In this document: one piece after another, positions 37,501 to 49,564 of the stretch
How positions within the stretch are numbered: position 1 is the stretch's first letter
Layout of the letters: each line of letters opens with the position of its first letter
Assembly: GCA_013239625.1 (NCBI GenBank)
Contig: MU055269.1
Span: 2,286,441 to 2,350,440 of the forward strand
Origin: Lama guanicoe
Lineage: Eukaryota
DNA length: 64,000 bases
Direction: 5' to 3'
Made by a program: the position numbers and the translations under genes
The notes under the pieces: model-generated
Databases searched by the model: none
What the model was told of the DNA's origin: nothing
What the model saw: only the letters and a program-made list of their open reading frames with translations

Positions 37501-39558
37501 CTCAGGATTGCAGAGCACGGAACAGCGGGACCCAGGAGGCGCCCCGGGCCACCCTGACTCGTGCTCACACATCCCCTCCGCCGTGACTCAGCGGTGTCAG
37601 CTGTTCATGCTGTGAAGGTGACAATCAGTGACTGCTCCCCGTCACACGTCAGAGGCACGTTCACTCAGCGGGTATTCGAGCCTCTCGGTGTTCAAGGCCC
37701 TGCGAAGTCACCGTGGACAAGATGCAGCTTGGCTTGTGGCATTTTTCTTCCCAGTACAAGGCAAGTCTAACTTTGTGACGGGAGTGAAACCGCCACACTT
37801 CGGCTGGTTTTCACATCGACTCTGGATAATAAAAGAATTCTCCAGACTGAGTATCTCACTGAGAAGATGAAAGAGGGCTGCCTTTGAAAGAACTTCGGGT
37901 AAATTATACCATGTTTACAATTTACGGAAAAGGCCTATAATAGGTCATTTCCGTGTTACGTCACACAGGGCTGCACACAGGCGTGTATAACTGTGTGCGC
38001 ACGCGTGCGGGCGTGTCTGACGGTGAAAGAGTGGTTGGCACTGTTACAGCTCATCCTGAGGGCAGTGACCCTGGGCAGCAGTGACACACAGGATGCCTGC
38101 GTTAGAAAGAAGCAACCGCGGCCCCAAATTCTAAAACTTACTCCTCTTCATAGGCAGAGCCTAAATATGGACATTTCTATTTTGTCATTTCCTTCTTTGT
38201 ACTCGTCTACATGTGTAGTTGGACACAGGACCAAAGACCTTTATCTGAGAGGTTTACAGGCAGACTTAGTCTTACAGCCATCGACCCTCAGACATGCCAT
38301 TCCAATTCGCAGACGGAGCCCCCTCCCCGTATCCTAAGACCACACGCTGTCCTCCGAGACGGTGCACCCTCTTCTGCTCTTTCCTCTGCCCCTGAGGAGC
38401 GGGCACCCTACGACCTAGAGGCCCTGGGCCGAGTTCAGGCTCCAAGGAAACCCCTGCGGAGACGAGCACGAAGCAGGTGGAAACCAAGAGAGAGTAACGG
38501 TTCCTTTCACAGTCTGACGTCCATTCCGCTAATCCGCTGCGTTTCGTCTCCGTCTTGGGTTACACTGATTTTCATGGAAGCTTAATTAAGATACTGAAAA
38601 AGTGGGCAGGGATCCTTCTGTAATGATGTGGGCTTGCTCCAGAAGGACGGGATTAGAGAAAAGGAAAAGGGTTTTGAAACAGAGCGTGTAAATCAGGAAC
38701 AAAAAATATCGGGGTGGATTATCTTGCCTGACACGTGAAGGATAAAGAAACGCTTTCCAGGAATCAGCAGGGGCCGGGCCAGGCACATGGCGGGGGGCCT
38801 TTCCTGGGTGTCAGCCCCGCGGGGCGGGCTGGCTGTGGTGAGAGCTCATCTCAGTAGCTGGGAAAGCGGTCCCTCCTCCGCTGATAACCAGCCAGACCGG
38901 GCCCCGGGCCTGAGGCCTCAGCGCTCCAGGAGCACGTGAAGAAGGGGAAAGGACAGACCCGCGTGAGGCCCCGCGTAGCCTGCGGCCGTGGCAGGTCGCC
39001 TAGGGTCACTGCCACCCGGCAAAGGTGGGCCCGACAGCGGTAATGCAAGAGTCAGTGGGGGCTGGTGCCCTCCCTGCGGCGGGGGCGGCAACTTCCATTC
39101 CTAGGGCGACAGAAGAGTGACCTTCTACGGAAAGCACTTCTCCCCCGACACCCCGACCTGCCCTTCGGAGTTCAGATAAACGCCCTGGTGCCCAGGCTCC
39201 GTGGCTCCCGCCTGGCCCCACCGCTTACTTTCATGGGTATGCTGGGCCTCCGGACTCTGCACCCAAGGGATTGAGCAGATGGTTCGAGAAACATCTCCTA
39301 GCTAGAACAGCTCTGGGAACTCGCCCGTGTCAGTGTGCAGAAAGGCATGCAGAACGAAAACAAGGTGGGGCCGGACGGCGGGGGTCCCCAGGAGGGAGCA
39401 CGCTCTCAGCCCCCACGTTCCGTGGAGTCTGCGCTTCAGTCACGAGAACAGACTCACAGGTCCCTCACGTGATGGAGAAAACCAAGACCTTCCCCAAACA
39501 AGAGTGTGTGGCTCACAACAATCGTACGAGATCATCGTCTGATTTTTATGGGACGTAC

Positions 39559-39646
39559 CGAACACATCGCTGTCTTCCGAGGTCTCCCGGGGCAGGTGAC
39601 GGCGGTTTCTCCTTTTCTCAGATTCTTCTCTGTTAGTTTCACCCTC
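39559..39646 (-). CDS. MBP: Golli-MBP exon 3 (88 nt; EGETNREESEKRRNRRHLPRETSEDSDVF-G)
   Basis: Lies within ORF 39440..39835. Acceptor ttttttccag|GAG, donor TTC G|gtacgt. Resembles human Golli SETNRGESEKKRNLGELSRTTSEDNEVFG. The phase-1 end joins exon 5A (G|GC GAG). Confidence 0.95.
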
Positions 39647-40244
39647 CTGGAAAAAACAACACAAAACAAACCCTTCCTTAGGATGCAGTGTGCGATCAGC
39701 AAGACACTTCGGCGCGTTTCTCTCCTGCTGGCAAGTCACACCCTCACATCCATCCTGCTCGGAGGTGGAATCCGGTTCAGGGTGGGTTTTCTGCGGGGGA
39801 GTCTGAATTCTGGCTTGTCTTTTCCGCCTGGGCATGCAAGCATCCTCTCGTTCCAGAGGATGTGTCTTTCGTACAAAAGAAACGCAAATTGTTCAAAGAA
39901 TGAGCTGGACACCTTTGCATGTATCTCCAGGGCGCACCTGCCCGTGTCAGGAAGGCCCTGGTTCTTGTTCTTAGTGAGGGGCTGGTTCCACTGGAGTCTA
40001 AAGAAATCTAATTAGGTCAAACCGAAGTTTCCCAGACTGGACATAAAACTGCCTCGGGGAGAGTTTTTGTTTTTTAAACAAAATTCCTTCATCCCCTGTG
40101 GCCTCTGTCACCTGATTGGGTGACTTAACCATGTGGTTGAGCAGAGTGTGGATAAACACTCCTTACTCCCCAATTGCCTTAAAATCCACAGTTCAACACC
40201 AAACTTCACTCCCTGTGTTCATTTGTCTCCCTTGATAAACACAA

Positions 40245-40550
40245 GCACAGCCTGACCCTTGGTACCTGGGAAAGCTGACTTTATTTGGAAATTAGGGTCA
40301 GGGCAGAGGGAACTAGCCAAGACGAGGTCACTAGGGTAGGGTGGGCCCGCCATCCAATGATGAGCGTATGGCCCTCCTTTCGTAGAAGAGGAAATTCAGA
40401 CACAGACAAGGACATACAAGAGGCCATGTGACGATGGAGCAGATGGAGTGAGGTAGCCACAGGCCAGGGAGGCCAGGGATGCTGGGCACTCCAGATTCTA
40501 GGATAAGTCTAGACAGACTCAGAACCTTCAGAGGGACCCAACCCTGCTGG
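40245..40550 (+). mobile_element. MaLR (MLT1-type) LTR fragment
   Basis: tgactttatttggaaattagggtc...gaggtcactagggtagggtgggccc...gaggccatgtgacgatggag. Confidence 0.75.
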
Positions 40551-40959
40551 CCCCCAGGGCTCTGTGCAGCCGTGTGGATGGCGGTGTGGGCATGTGGGGA
40601 GGAGACCAGGATGCTAACCAGCCAGTGCCTAGCTTTTAGGGACACTCTGACTTCAAGGAAAACTGTGGCATCTCTCTAGGGGAAACTCTCTCTTTGGGTT
40701 TTAAGAAGCAAAACATTCTTTTCACACTGAGAATAAATTCAGGCCCTGTGTGGGCCGGCTGTGTACATGTTCAGTTTAAATTCTGAGAGCACCACTCTCC
40801 AATCAAATCTCAGGGACCTCAACTACCACCCGAACAGGAAGGGAAGCAACGCAACACTCTGACCAAGCAGACGGCCCGCTCCAGAGCTGCCAGGATCCGG
40901 CTTCCACGTGGGTGGGGAGGTCCTTCCGTGTGTTCCTGGTGTTTAAACCTAGTGACACT

Positions 40960-41700
40960 GCTGACGGGAATGCAGTTTGGTGCAGCCATTATGGAAAATA
41001 ATATGGAGATTCCTCAAAAAACCAAAAACAGAACTATCATATGATCCATCAGTCCCACTCCTGGGCATATATGTGGAGGGAATGCTAATTCGAAGNNNNN
41101 NNNNNNNNNNNNNNNNNNNNNNNNNNNNNNNNNNNNNNNNNNNNNNNNNNNNNNNNNNNNNNNNNNNNNNNNNNNNNNNNNNNNNNNNNNNNNNNNNNNN
41201 NNNNNNNNNNNNNNNNNNNNNNNNNNNNNNNNNNNNNNNNNNNNNNNNNNNNNNNNNNNNNNNNNNNNNNNNNNNNNNNNNNNNNNNNNNNNNNNNNNNN
41301 NNNNNNNNNNNAAAATGCCATATGATATCACTTACACGTGGAATCTTAAAAAAAAAAGAAGAAGAAAAGACACAAATGAACTTATTTACAAAACAGACTC
41401 ACAGACATAGAATAAAGCTTATGGTTACCAGGAAGGGAAGGAGGTGGGAAGGGATAAATTGGTGTTTGGGATCTGCAGATACTAAATACTAGACATAAAA
41501 TAGATAAACAACAAGTTCATACTGTAGAGCACAGGGAGCTATATTCAGTACCTTGTAGTGACCTATAATGAAAAAGAATATGGAAACAAATATATGTATA
41601 TATATGTGTGGCTGAAACGTGATGCTGTGCACTAGAAACTCACGCATTGTAACTGACTCTACTTCAATTAAAAATAAATATATCAATAAATAGATAAATC
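40960..41700 (+). mobile_element. 5'-truncated L1 (ORF2 C-terminus, 3'UTR and A-rich tail), interrupted by an N-gap
   Basis: [31 protein letters not shown] is a typical L1 ORF2 motif; the 3'UTR ends ...aactgactctacttcaattaaaaataaata. Confidence 0.92.
41096..41311. other. Assembly gap (216 N) inside L1
   Basis: Run of N. Confidence 1.
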
Positions 41701-41725
41701 TGATGATAAACAGTGCGTGGAACCA

Positions 41726-41865
41726 GGGGAGCTTGGGGGTAGAGCACAGGCTTAGCATGCACAAAGTCATGGGTTCAATCCCCAGTCCCTCCCTTAAAAT
41801 AAATAAATAATAAATAAATAAATTACCTAATGACCTCCCCCAGAAGGAAATTTTTTTTTAAAAAA
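41726..41865 (+). mobile_element. tRNA-derived SINE (camelid Vic-1-like), immediately after the L1 tail
   Basis: ggtagagcacaggcttagcatgcacaaagtcatgggttcaatccccagt...(taaa)n acctaatgacctccccc. Confidence 0.88.
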
Positions 41866-44054
41866 ATGGGTGGATTGTGTGGTATGTGAATCACATCTTA
41901 ATAGAGATGTTGAAAAACACCCATAGTGCTCGGTTTGCATGGAGTTCACATGAAAACATCACAGGGGGTTTAGAACGACCTGTCTGAGGTCCTCGTGAAG
42001 CCACCGTGGTGAGACGGCGCTCTCTCGGGTGAGCTGTAGAGCCGCGCTCTCTGGAAGCCCGTTCTGTGGTGCGATTAGGACACAGCACTCTTTAAACAAG
42101 GAGTGCAACGGAAGAGGCTCGGGACTTTATCCAAACATTGGCTTTTGGAAGTCACAGCAAAGTTAAGTATTAACTGGCGTCACAGTCGGACGGTTTATCG
42201 GGGCCCGCTACGCAGCTGGACACGCTGGCGCCTATTCTAGGAACTCCAGTGTCCTGCTGCGTGCCCCGGGAGGCCGCTGCTTCCTCAGCTGGCTGAGGAG
42301 GGGAAGAGGGTGCTCAGGAAGGAAGGAGTGGGGTCGGGGGAGACAGCGAGACGGGCCTTGTTCAGCGCAGCTCTTTTACTTAAGAGTTCGATGGTCCAGG
42401 GAACTGAAAATTTGTTCAAAGTGCACTTAAGCTGATTCACACCAGGGCGTCCGTTCAGATCAGGATTTTCTACATTATTGGAAACAGAATAAGGCAACGG
42501 GAAGCTTGCATCCTTTTCATTTCAAAGTGAACACACTTCCTTTAGTTTGATGTAATACAACCGACCTAATTTCCCTGAACATGTCACCTGCACCTGCCTG
42601 TGATGCAGGCAGGCAGAGGGCAAAAGGTCTAATATTTGAAGACACATCTTTGCTTAAAGCGCAAACACTCTGACAGAGCAGAGTCCAGCCACTTTTCTGA
42701 ACACACGGTCTGCGCTGCCAGCCTCTGCGGCCTCCTGAGCTGTCTCCTTCATCGTAAATGGACGTAATCATATCGTCCATCTCACGGGGTCACTGCGGAC
42801 ACTCCATGAGTCCGGACGTGCAAAGATCAGAGATTGTGACGCTCTCTGGCCTTTAGCCACCCACGCAGTGCTGCCCACCATCACGCTGGAGTGTCCGGGA
42901 CACTCTGCTTCTCCACACCCTGTTAGTAAGGGAGTTCCCCGGTCCTGGAGGCCCCGGCATGCCAGAAAAAGAAGTGCGGTGGGCTGTGCCTCCGTGTTAA
43001 CGAGTGGGCTCCTGGAGGCTTCCCACTTCCATGTATTCAGAGGAGGCAATTTGAGGGGATGTTCTGAAGAAGCTGTCTCCTTCCTGGCAGGTATTTCCAG
43101 GAGAAGTAACCAGCCCTGCAAGGTTTGGAGTTCACCACCGAGACCAACGTGGAGACCACGCGCTGAGTAGACACCACAAGGTGACATCATTTGACTCTGG
43201 GGTGATGGCACCCGCTCAGCCGCTGGCTGTGACAGTGCTGAGGCCCCAGCATGGCTCTTCAGGGTCCTGGGTGGGGGGCCACAAGTGGGAGAGCCCCTGT
43301 TCTCAGAGGTGTGCATGTCGGGGTGGGGAGGCAAAGCCAGCCAGAGAAAGAAGACAAACCCGATGGTCTGGGTGGGACGTCGGCTCGAGGGGAGAAAGGC
43401 AGGGAAGCTGCAAGAGAGGGCCTGGGAGGGCAGTGGGGAGAGAGAGCGGGCAGCAGATGCAGGTGGCAGGGGCCTCAGGGTGGAGGCCAGGCCCTGCGGG
43501 CGGGGCAGACGGGCCGCTGTGCTCGCGAGGACATTCCTCTGACCGCTCTCCGAAAGAGGCCAATTCCTGCCAGCACATCCCAACGTTTCAGCTCGCCTTT
43601 TACTTTAAATTTCAAGATGTTGGTATTTTGTCAAGTGACTTACCGCAGCTACGAGACAGCAGCGTGTGGACGCACACACATCTCTGAACAACCTGCGCTG
43701 CAGTCACGCTAACTCACGTGTGTCATTAACGCTATTACCCGCTCGCCTTGTCTGTCCACTGATGACCTGTGTCTGGCTCCAGGGTTTGTGCTGAAGCACG
43801 ATTTAGGGTGCGTGAAATGACAGAGTCTGTTTTGCAAGGACCCAAAGCCACAGAAACAATAACGCATTTTACTTGGGCTTCTGTTTAACTGTATGACAAT
43901 CAAATTAACGGAGGCACCAAATCTCAGATGGGAGAGTGACTTGCCAGAATAACCCAGGTGCAGAGGTTGGGCTGAGCCTGGGAGCGTGTTCTCACAGCGG
44001 CCAGTTGGCATGTTACAGTGTTGGAGTCCAGGGGGCAAGAAAGATGTCATGCGT

Positions 44055-44160
44055 GCACACACGAACACACACATTACACAAACACACACACAGACACACA
44101 AACACACACACCCTCACAAACACACATACAGACACACACACACAAGACACACACACACCT
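44055..44160. repeat. Interrupted (CA)n microsatellite
   Basis: cacacacgaacacacacattacacaaacacacacacagacacac... Confidence 0.9.
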
Positions 44161-46656
44161 TAAAAACACAGGAAGATCAATTTGCACAGATGTCTTCCAG
44201 CCGATAAAAATCCCTCGCTTCCAAATTTAAACGTTGAAAACCACAGCACTGAAGTAACGGCTGAGAAGGGACAGGAAGCATCGGTTTTAAAACTGGATTT
44301 TTAAGTTTCATTTAAAACCTTCTGAGAGGGTTTTATCAAATATAAAAAAGTTCTTAATAACAAAGCAAGCACAGTGTTCGTGGGAAAGGGCACGCTTTTC
44401 ACTGTCAGAGTCTGAAATAGACTTGTCCTTGCAGATAAAATTACACGGTGGCCTTTCTGAAATTACCTGGCAGGGGGTGAAATGGCAGCTCAAGGAGCCT
44501 TCTGCGGGCACACGGAGCAGTGAGCCTGGCGGAGGCCGTGCCGCGCGGGAGGCGGCCTCCCACCCAACCCCGCCCCCAGCCCTGCGAGCGGGACCACCTG
44601 CGGGAGGACACTCAACACACTTCGCACTCCCAGGGACTCCGACGCGCCCGCCCTCTGCAAAGGAGAGTTTCCGCCTGGGCACCTTTGCTCAAGCTCCTAA
44701 GAATTGATGAGTGAATATCTGGGTATTAGCCTTGGAATCAGGTTCCCAATAAAATGTGAATCCAAAACCACGCCTGAAAACTACTTCATTTCAAGTGTGC
44801 CCAGGGCAAGCTCAGATATTTTCCCAACTTAAAAAAAACAAACCCAGAAAACGATTCAATGAAATAAGGCCACCTCTGCCTGCTGCGTCTGTGTTTTTGA
44901 GAGACGGCCAACATCTCTGACCTCCCTCCCGGCCGTCCTGTCGGCCCTCGTTAAGTGATGAAGTGTGACAGACGCAGGGCCAGGAGGAGTCTGGGGCTCC
45001 CACAGGGTGAAGGAAGGCACGTTGGAATCCAGCTGAAAACAAGACGACGAGCAGCTCCCTTCTGAGGCACGGGGCTCCTGACTCCACGCGGTCAGCTGCC
45101 CAGGGCCCAAGAGCAGGACTGCGGGGAGGGAGGGCTTGTCCGTGGGCGACGGGATCTCCAGAGCACACCCTCCTGCAGCTGCGGTTTTACACGGAGTCTT
45201 TCTAGTCGACGACCAGTGTTTAATGCATCACTTATGCTGAACCACTTTTGGTCCCAAGTCAGCGGCTTGCAAATGCGGTCACTGTTTCTGATAAAAGTTA
45301 AGTTTGCAAACTCACTCCCAACCCTAATAAACCCTATAATGGGCTGAAAGAACGCAGAACACGGGCACCTCCTGGGAATCTGATGCCCCCGGGTCTTCTA
45401 GCCCTAAACCCTAAGCTCGAGGCCCTGAGGGCCCTGGAAACTGATGCCTGGGGTCCTTCCCGTCCTCAGCCTGAACCCTAAGATCTCGAGGCCTCGGCTT
45501 GGCTGTCCCCGAGTGGGAAGGAAACAGGTTTGAGTCAGGAAGGGGCCCTGGACAGGGGTCAAAGTGGCCACCCCTAAGAGGGGGCCGGACCTGGGGCCTG
45601 GGACGGGCGCAGGGAAGCCGGCGAGTTCATAAGCCACGTGCTGCGGGCTTTCTGTTGCCCGGGGCACCACGCCACCATCACCCGTTATTTTTATTAAGGG
45701 TTGTTGAGGGGGTGGTTCGCTGGCTAATTACACCTGACGTCCTTAGTAACCACATCTGTGTTTGTGAGGCCTGTGGCCGCCCCACCTGGCGAAAGTGTGA
45801 GCGTTCAGTCTGCCAGAGGAAACAGCACACCCACCTACGTTCCTGAAAAATCAGTCAGCCTTGGGGTCGGGCTTTCAGCACAGACTGCAGACGAGAGAGC
45901 TTCTCTTTAGTCCCTTCCAAGAGCAAAAACATCGCTGACTCGACACATTCGAGAACCTGCTGTAAAGCGACGCCGCGCCATTGAGGCAGCGAAACCCTGC
46001 GTTTAACACCGATCTGCCGACACCGCCCCGTGGAGCAGGTGGGAGCTGCTCTCTGAGCTCTTACATATGAACGCAGTTTTCCAAACCAACCTGGAATGAG
46101 ACGGCTCTCTTTGTATTTCCTTGTGGCTCGTTTCCAGGTCAGATTCAGAGCCCACATTCAGGTTCCCCCCGCCGCGGTCGCCGGAAACTGACGACTGACA
46201 ACCGGCAGTCAGTCGCTGATGAGTCGCGGGCCCTGGAGGGCCTCTTCAGAAGGATGCACACTCTGCTCCGTTTCTGGCTCTAGGAGCTCGCTGGAGGTCC
46301 TCGGACGCACTCAGCACGTCAGGCGGGCGGGCTTCCGCGTGTGCGGGGACGTCAGAGCCAGTCCCATTGACTGGACGCTGCAGCGGCAGCACGGCCGGAG
46401 GGCGACGCTCGCAGCCCCGCTGGGAGGTGGGCATGGCAGGCACCCCCCCCAGCGCTGTCCTTGGCTGGTGGACGTGTGCTTCCAGAGAACCTGACCTTCT
46501 GAGCCCAGTGTTGCATGGAATCCGATGATTTTGCAAAAGACTCTGATTTTTGTCATTGACAGGAAGGAGCTGCTGCCGACCTGTAGGGCCCGGAACCCTG
46601 AGAACCGAGGCGACGCGTCCTGTCGGATGCACTGCCCCTGCTCACGGGCAGCTCTT

Positions 46657-46834
46657 GTATTTTCAAAAATATTTTCTTAAGAATTCTTTTTTTTAACTTT
46701 ATTACTTTCTTTTGGTAATTAGGTTGGTTTATTTGTTTATTTGTTTGTTTGTTTTTAATGGAGGAGCTGGGGATTGAACCCCGGACCTCGTGCGTGCTGA
46801 GCACATGCTCGACCACTGAGCTGTGCCCTCGCCG
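46657..46834 (-). mobile_element. tRNA-derived SINE (camelid Vic-1-like) with an 11-bp TSD
   Basis: Intact A/B boxes. TSD GGGCAGCTCTT at 46646-46656 and 46835-46845, in a TT/AAAG L1-endonuclease-type context. Confidence 0.92.
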
Positions 46835-49479
46835 GGGCAGCTCTTTAAATCCAAATTATTAAAAAACCAATCAGGCTAAAAATGTGGCTCTTCAGTTGGA
46901 CCACCCACGTTTCCCAGGCTTCTTAGCCACGTGTGTCTTGTGACCGGCCTGTGGTAGGGCACGGGGACAGGGCAGAGGGCCCACGGCACGGTGCTGTGGG
47001 GGGCATCTGCAGGGCGGGCACTGGTACTGGCAGCCATGGGTGTAGCTGGGCCGTCCGCCTGGAAGGAGAGTTCGGTGTTCCGCTGTCGGCGTGAAGAGGA
47101 ATTCTTTATGGGGGTGTGTGTGCAACATACAGAGAGAGAGACAGAGACGGAGCAGTGGGGGACTGGGGCTGCTGAAGACAAGCACGAGGAGCCATCTGCC
47201 AGCTCCTCGCGTCTAAGACTTTACCAGGCGTGGACTCGGGGTTTCCGGGTAGCTAAGGCTCAGACTGGACTGGCAGGTCTCTGTAGGGAAGTGCCTTCCA
47301 CTTTTCAGCCCCCTAAGTTGTTAAATACATAGTATTTGGTTAACTTAAGAGCTACCTGAGTTCTCAAAAAACACCTGTTTACAAGACTTGCCTATGAAAA
47401 CAGAATTACGTGTGGATGGGTCTAACAGTCACCAACACATGGCCACCAAATCAGAAAGGGACAATTCTCAGGTGAATTTCCGGCTCAGGGCACTGCAGCC
47501 CATCCTGGGAGGCTCCGGGCCAGAGCCTGGGTGACTGGACGGAAGTGAGTTTCTTAATAAGTCTGTTTCTCATCATGTGCAATAGCCCTGGGGTAAGCGG
47601 TTGGTTCCGACAAAGAACTGCAGAGAGAAGAGGCACACGATGTAGGGGAGCCACACTGGGTGGGGTTTTGAAGGGCTCACTGGACGGGCGGGCAGCAGGG
47701 ACGACACCCTGCCCTGGGCTGGGGCCTGCAGGTGAAGCCGACCAGCAGCCACCAGGCCTGGGCTGGCAGTCTGGGGGCACGCTGGGCCCTCGGACAGGCT
47801 GTGCAGGCAGCCCCACCTCTGCAGCAGCTCTGGTGGGGCACACCCAGGAGCAGAGCTGACAGAAGTCAGGCCCCCGCTGCACTTAACTTCCGAGCAGAGA
47901 GGGGAGGTGATGGCCTGGAGTCCACGGGCTGACGGTGGCTTAAAGCAGAGTGGCGGCTCCTTCCCGAAGCCAGTGTGACAAGAACTGAGCGTCCCGAACA
48001 GGTGGGACCACCTGACACCTTGGGATGAGGTGACGCAGGATTACGGTTCCGTAGAGGAATAAAGGCGAGGAATGAGACCCTGGGTGGAAAGAGCCAGCCT
48101 CCTCCACAGCTGGGGTGTCAGTCCTTTGAAGGAAAGGTCTTCTCCCGCCCAGTCGACCTCTTCCAGCTCCACATCCATAGAAAGAGCTGAGCTGCTTCAT
48201 GACTCTTTGTATATTTGCAGACAAAACGTCTCACTTCTTGGAGTGTCATCCGCACGCTGTCCCAGAGTCTCACCAGACAGCGGGGTTTCGATGATGGTTA
48301 AACACGCGGACGGTGTCTCCAGGGGCGGGACTATCCCTGGAGAGGCACTGGGCATGCACTGGGCTTTGCAGAGCCACTTAAATAAGTAATCAGTCTAACG
48401 GGAACCATGCAACAGGCTAACACGTCGCTCCCGACTGTAAAACTCAGGTGTGAGGCTGGATTCTGCAAAAGCCCTCAGACCTTGCTCTGCAGCGTGGCAT
48501 CGTTTCTGTTAAGTTGCTTCAATAGAAACCTCCAGAAGCATGGTTGGCACCTGTGGAGAAGCTCTGTGAGCCAGATACCGCCGCCATGAAGAGTACAGAG
48601 ATGAGCTTGTCCTGCACCACCAGCAGGTTTTCAAAATTACTACTGCCCAGAGCTGCGCAGGCGCTGATGTCAGCATCCACTGCAGCTGCCATGGCCGTCG
48701 GAGGGTCTAACGCGGGGTCACCAGGAAACTCCAAAGAGCAAACCCACGGATCAAGGACTGACAGCAGTCAGAGCAGCGCGGAGCGAGAGGAAGGGCCAGC
48801 ACCTGAGTCACGGGACGGAGCCCGGTGCATCAGCTGGGCCAGGACCACCCTCTCCCGGGGATGGGCTGGCCCAGCTGCTACCCTGTGCTGACCACAGGGA
48901 ACAGGCTCTTTCCTCCAGGAGCCACCGAGGCCAAGCGTCTTATCTGCCTGCTCACGTGCTACCTGGTCCACAACCTCCGGGGCGGGGGAGGGGGGCAGGG
49001 GCTCTATTTTCAGCCTGTGGGACCGGTTTTCCTCCCAGCCTCTGTGGGTGGGGCTGCTGAGAAGCATGTGTCCCTGGGTTCCCCAGGCACCCGGGGTGTG
49101 TCCTTCCTGCTCCTGCCAAGTGACCGTGGTGAAGAGGCACCAAGAGCTGGTGAACTGGTGGGAAACCAAATTCCAGCAGGACTCCTAGAAAAACAGGGGT
49201 TTCTTCATTCCTGAGAATGAGAACGGTTCCCCGAAGCGTCCGCTGGACCCTGGGGGCCTCCCTTCTGTCCACCAGCTGCATGCAACCTACAGGGCCCTGA
49301 GCGCGGGCTCTCAGCCACGTGGCTGCCGGGTGCGAGTCCCACTTGACCTTGACGTGTTAACATGTGAGGCTGGAAGAGGAGCCCGTTTTTGCTCTGATCA
49401 GAGAAATTTCAGAGCCATCCCCTCCATCATGTGGTCTCTCCTCCAGCCTGGCATGGCTTCTTCAGGACAGAGACTCCAG

Positions 49480-49564
49480 TGAAAGAACGGGGGGGGGTGT
49501 CACCGGAGGGGATCCCTGAGAGCTGAAAGAACGGGGGGTGTCACCGGAGGGGGTCCCTGAGAGC
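49480..49564. repeat. Two-copy tandem repeat (44 and 41 bp)
   Basis: tgaaagaac(g)n tgtcaccggagggg(a/g)tccctgagagc occurs twice. Confidence 0.9.

Noticed and set aside
18700-39500. Golli exon 4 (exon 0) and MYRF-type CTGGYAC motifs
   Set aside because: A non-coding exon cannot be located from sequence alone, and scattered 7-mers are not clearly enriched.
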